Source: a virus (lineage: Duplodnaviria; Caudoviricetes). From it: DNA of 64,000 nucleotides. The stretch lies in the IMG/VR virus record IMGVR_UViG_2924263452_000001, positions 1 through 64,000 of that record; one strand, 5' to 3'. The notes below the pieces were generated by a model. That model saw only the letters and a list, made by a program, of their open reading frames with translations, did no database searches and was not told the DNA's origin. Positions 61,866 through 64,000 of the stretch are shown here, piece by piece. The first letter of the stretch is position 1; each line of letters opens with the position of its first letter. A program made the translations under genes and the position numbers.

Positions 61866-62495
61866 TTATTTTAATTTTTTTAACTCTTCAATCAAAGATT
61901 TTGTATCTTCAATATTTTTAATAGTTTTTGGGTTACCATTTGTAGTGTATTTTTTACAAATAGCTGCCACTTCAGTATTATGTTGTTTTGAAAGTTCTTT
62001 TGCTAATTGAAATGCTTCTGTGTTTGCAATGTCCAGTTCACTTTTAGCTTTTTCCTGTTTTTTCTTTTCTTCTTTTGCTTCTTCAGGAAGATCTTCTCCC
62101 TCGTAAATATACAGCCCTAATCCATGACGCGCGCACGCTTTTGTAAGAGAACGCTGAATTGCTTTATTAGCATCGACAGATGTAACCTCTGTGCTTAACA
62201 TTGATTTATTTTTAAAGTTCATAATCGGAAGATCTTCAATATGTTCAATCTCATTTATCTTCACGCCAGTTTTAACCCAGCATGTGCCACTAATCGGATC
62301 AACGAACCAAGGACGTTTATTTCCCATATCATCCATTGTTTGTTCATAGATTGTGAACTCTGCATCAGGATGACGTTTTTTTACTTCAGCCCATGCAGCA
62401 CTCCAGCTCAGATAATTCAGCCCATTTTTAGCTTTTACCTTTTCTGAAACATCTACATTATAAAGCTCACTAAAATAATTTTTTGAATCCATCAA
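61866..62495 (-). CDS. Sak3/DUF1071 single-strand annealing protein
   Basis: YLSWSAAW, QRSLTKACARHGLGLYIYEGED. Confidence 0.85.
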   Translation of the reverse strand: MMDSKNYFSELYNVDVSEKVKAKNGLNYLSWSAAWAEVKKRHPDAEFTIYEQTMDDMGNKRPWFVDPISGTCWVKTGVKINEIEHIEDLPIMNFKNKSMLSTEVTSVDANKAIQRSLTKACARHGLGLYIYEGEDLPEEAKEEKKKQEKAKSELDIANTEAFQLAKELSKQHNTEVAAICKKYTTNGNPKTIKNIEDTKSLIEELKKLK

Positions 62496-62844
62496 TTTAC
62501 CTTCTTTATATTTATTTTTATTATCTTATCTATTTATTTTTTTGTAGAATTTACAGAGGTAGAAACCTGTTTCATGTTTTTTATAAGCTGCAAATTATCG
62601 TTTAACATAAGCGCAAGTGCCTGATCTTCTGTGAATCCAACTTCTGTATATGCCAAAAATGTTTTTCTTTTCGCCATTGCACATAAGCGGTGTAATTCAT
62701 CATTTTCAACATAGTCTTTTGCAATCTCCAGGCATTCATTGCCAAGTCCATAGACAACAGGTTTATATTTTTCAATATATCCATGTACCAGGTTAATTGC
62801 TACTTCTGGATTTTCATTAAGAAGCTTTAATATAATTTCTAACA

Positions 62845-63405
62845 TTACATGTGTTCCTTTCCTTCTTTAATAATTCTAAGTCCTTTTGCATCCGCTTTCG
62901 CACCGTTGTATTCTTTCCCAGTTTTAATAATCATGTTTACTAATCGTTTGCTCAGATTATATTTTTCTGCACAATATAGAAACAATTCGGATTTTTTATC
63001 AAAATACCAATACTCATCATCTTTGTATAAATGGTATCTTAATTTTGGATATTTCCGTTGAAATGAAGTATCACCCTCATTATTACAATATGCTTCTCCA
63101 ATTTTCTTCAGTTTATATATAAGTTGAAACTCTGCTTTTTGAGCTTCTATTGGATCGTCACAGTATTGCACGATTTCAACTATAAGATTACAAGTGCCAC
63201 CAAAAGATTTTACTTCTTCTTTCCATTGTTGGTTGCGGTGTTTATCGAACTCATAAGCCCTCATACAGTTCCCTTGTGCTGATCCGACATAGAATATTTT
63301 GTTTGTCAGAGGATTTTTATGGACATATACATAATATTTTTCTGTCGGTAGCACAAGATCCTTATGGTATAACATATACAAGTCAAACTTAGTTGTCATA
63401 ATCAA
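62845..63405 (-). CDS. GIY-YIG-like nuclease domain protein
   Basis: YYVYVH...FYVG..R. Confidence 0.6.
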   Translation of the reverse strand: MIMTTKFDLYMLYHKDLVLPTEKYYVYVHKNPLTNKIFYVGSAQGNCMRAYEFDKHRNQQWKEEVKSFGGTCNLIVEIVQYCDDPIEAQKAEFQLIYKLKKIGEAYCNNEGDTSFQRKYPKLRYHLYKDDEYWYFDKKSELFLYCAEKYNLSKRLVNMIIKTGKEYNGAKADAKGLRIIKEGKEHM

Positions 63406-63442
63406 ACTATCATGTTGTTCCGTGTAACTGTCGATATTTTAA

Positions 63443-64000
63443 TTATTTATCTGAAGAGACAACCTTAACTGTAGCTCCTGCCTGAACTGTTGCAGTTGCC
63501 ACTTCGTTCATCTTCTTGTATGCGTCATCAAGTTTATTCGTTAATTCATTGTTAGCCTGTTTTAATGATTCAACCTGACTCTTGAGGTTGGCGATTTCTG
63601 CCGCTGCCATTTCCTCTGCATGTTTTTTATCAGACTCAATTGCACGCTTCTCATATGCAAAACTTCTTTCGGCTTTCGCTTTCGCTTCTTTCGCAGCCTC
63701 TTCTTTTGCAGCTTCCAGTTCACCAGGGAATGCTTCAATCTTCTCTTTCATCTCCTGGATTTCTTTCTCTTTTTCTGTAATTGCATCTTCGCGGGCTTTT
63801 ACTGCCTCTTCCTGCTTCTGGATTTCTGCTTCTCTTTTAGATTTTTCATCATCCCATGCGTCAGAATCAACTTTCTTATTCATTCTCAGATTGTATTTGT
63901 ATTCATCTGCTTCACGGATTCTCTTCTTTTTGAGTTCTTCTTCATATTCTTCCGCTTCTTTATCAGCTTTACTTTTTGCCTTAGAAAGCTTATTTTCAAG
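63443..64000 (-). CDS. Coiled-coil protein, 5' end outside the window
   Basis: E/K-rich frame that appears to continue to the window edge. Confidence 0.6.
   Translation of the reverse strand, partial: LENKLSKAKSKADKEAEEYEEELKKKRIREADEYKYNLRMNKKVDSDAWDDEKSKREAEIQKQEEAVKAREDAITEKEKEIQEMKEKIEAFPGELEAAKEEAAKEAKAKAERSFAYEKRAIESDKKHAEEMAAAEIANLKSQVESLKQANNELTNKLDDAYKKMNEVATATVQAGATVKVVSSDK

Larger units (their letters stand above)
430..64000 (-). mobile_element. Large SPbeta-like prophage, partial (continues beyond the window)
   Basis: Terminal serine integrase; co-oriented, densely packed phage-type replication, nucleotide-metabolism, MTase and small hypothetical genes. Confidence 0.9.

Noticed and set aside
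932-63061. Numerous plus-strand ORFs in the track
   Set aside because: They are antisense shadows of minus-strand genes without RBS or motifs; only 26540-26992 is credible

Overview
This window is one arm of a large, AT-rich, SPbeta-like temperate phage integrated in a Clostridia (probably Lachnospiraceae) chromosome. About 430 bp at the left end look like host DNA. A large serine integrase runs across the probable att junction, where a second frame reads AAQAAIAEKNA*, resembling the displaced 3' end of ppdK. Almost all other genes are on the minus strand. They include nucleotide metabolism (dut, nrdG/nrdD, Gmk-deoxyribonucleotidase fusion, folA, thyA), an NAD+ rebuilding cluster (nadE, Namat/NAMPT-like, Adps/Prs-like, pncA), RNA repair (kinase-HD, Rnl1-type ligase), many small accessory genes, a PARP with macrodomains, and a replisome (ligA, dnaE, primase, DnaB, SSB, Sak). 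The main discovery is that the phage's DNA-modification genes appear to be individually switchable in two ways. (1) Six short segments are each flanked by an inverted pair of 18-bp sites (consensus ATRAAA-N6-TTTTAT, with a different 6-bp spacer per locus). They lie at five DNA methyltransferases and one PAPS-reductase-like gene. In four loci the RBS, start codon and N-terminus currently point away from the rest of the gene, and flipping them restores an in-frame gene. (2) Five poly-G tracts, all currently out of frame, gate an amino-MTase and the target-recognition modules of a split, circularly permuted, multispecific C5-MTase. Together these suggest a combinatorial, phase-variable phage methylome. 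No candidate invertase is visible in the window. Protein family calls come from motif recognition, not database searches.
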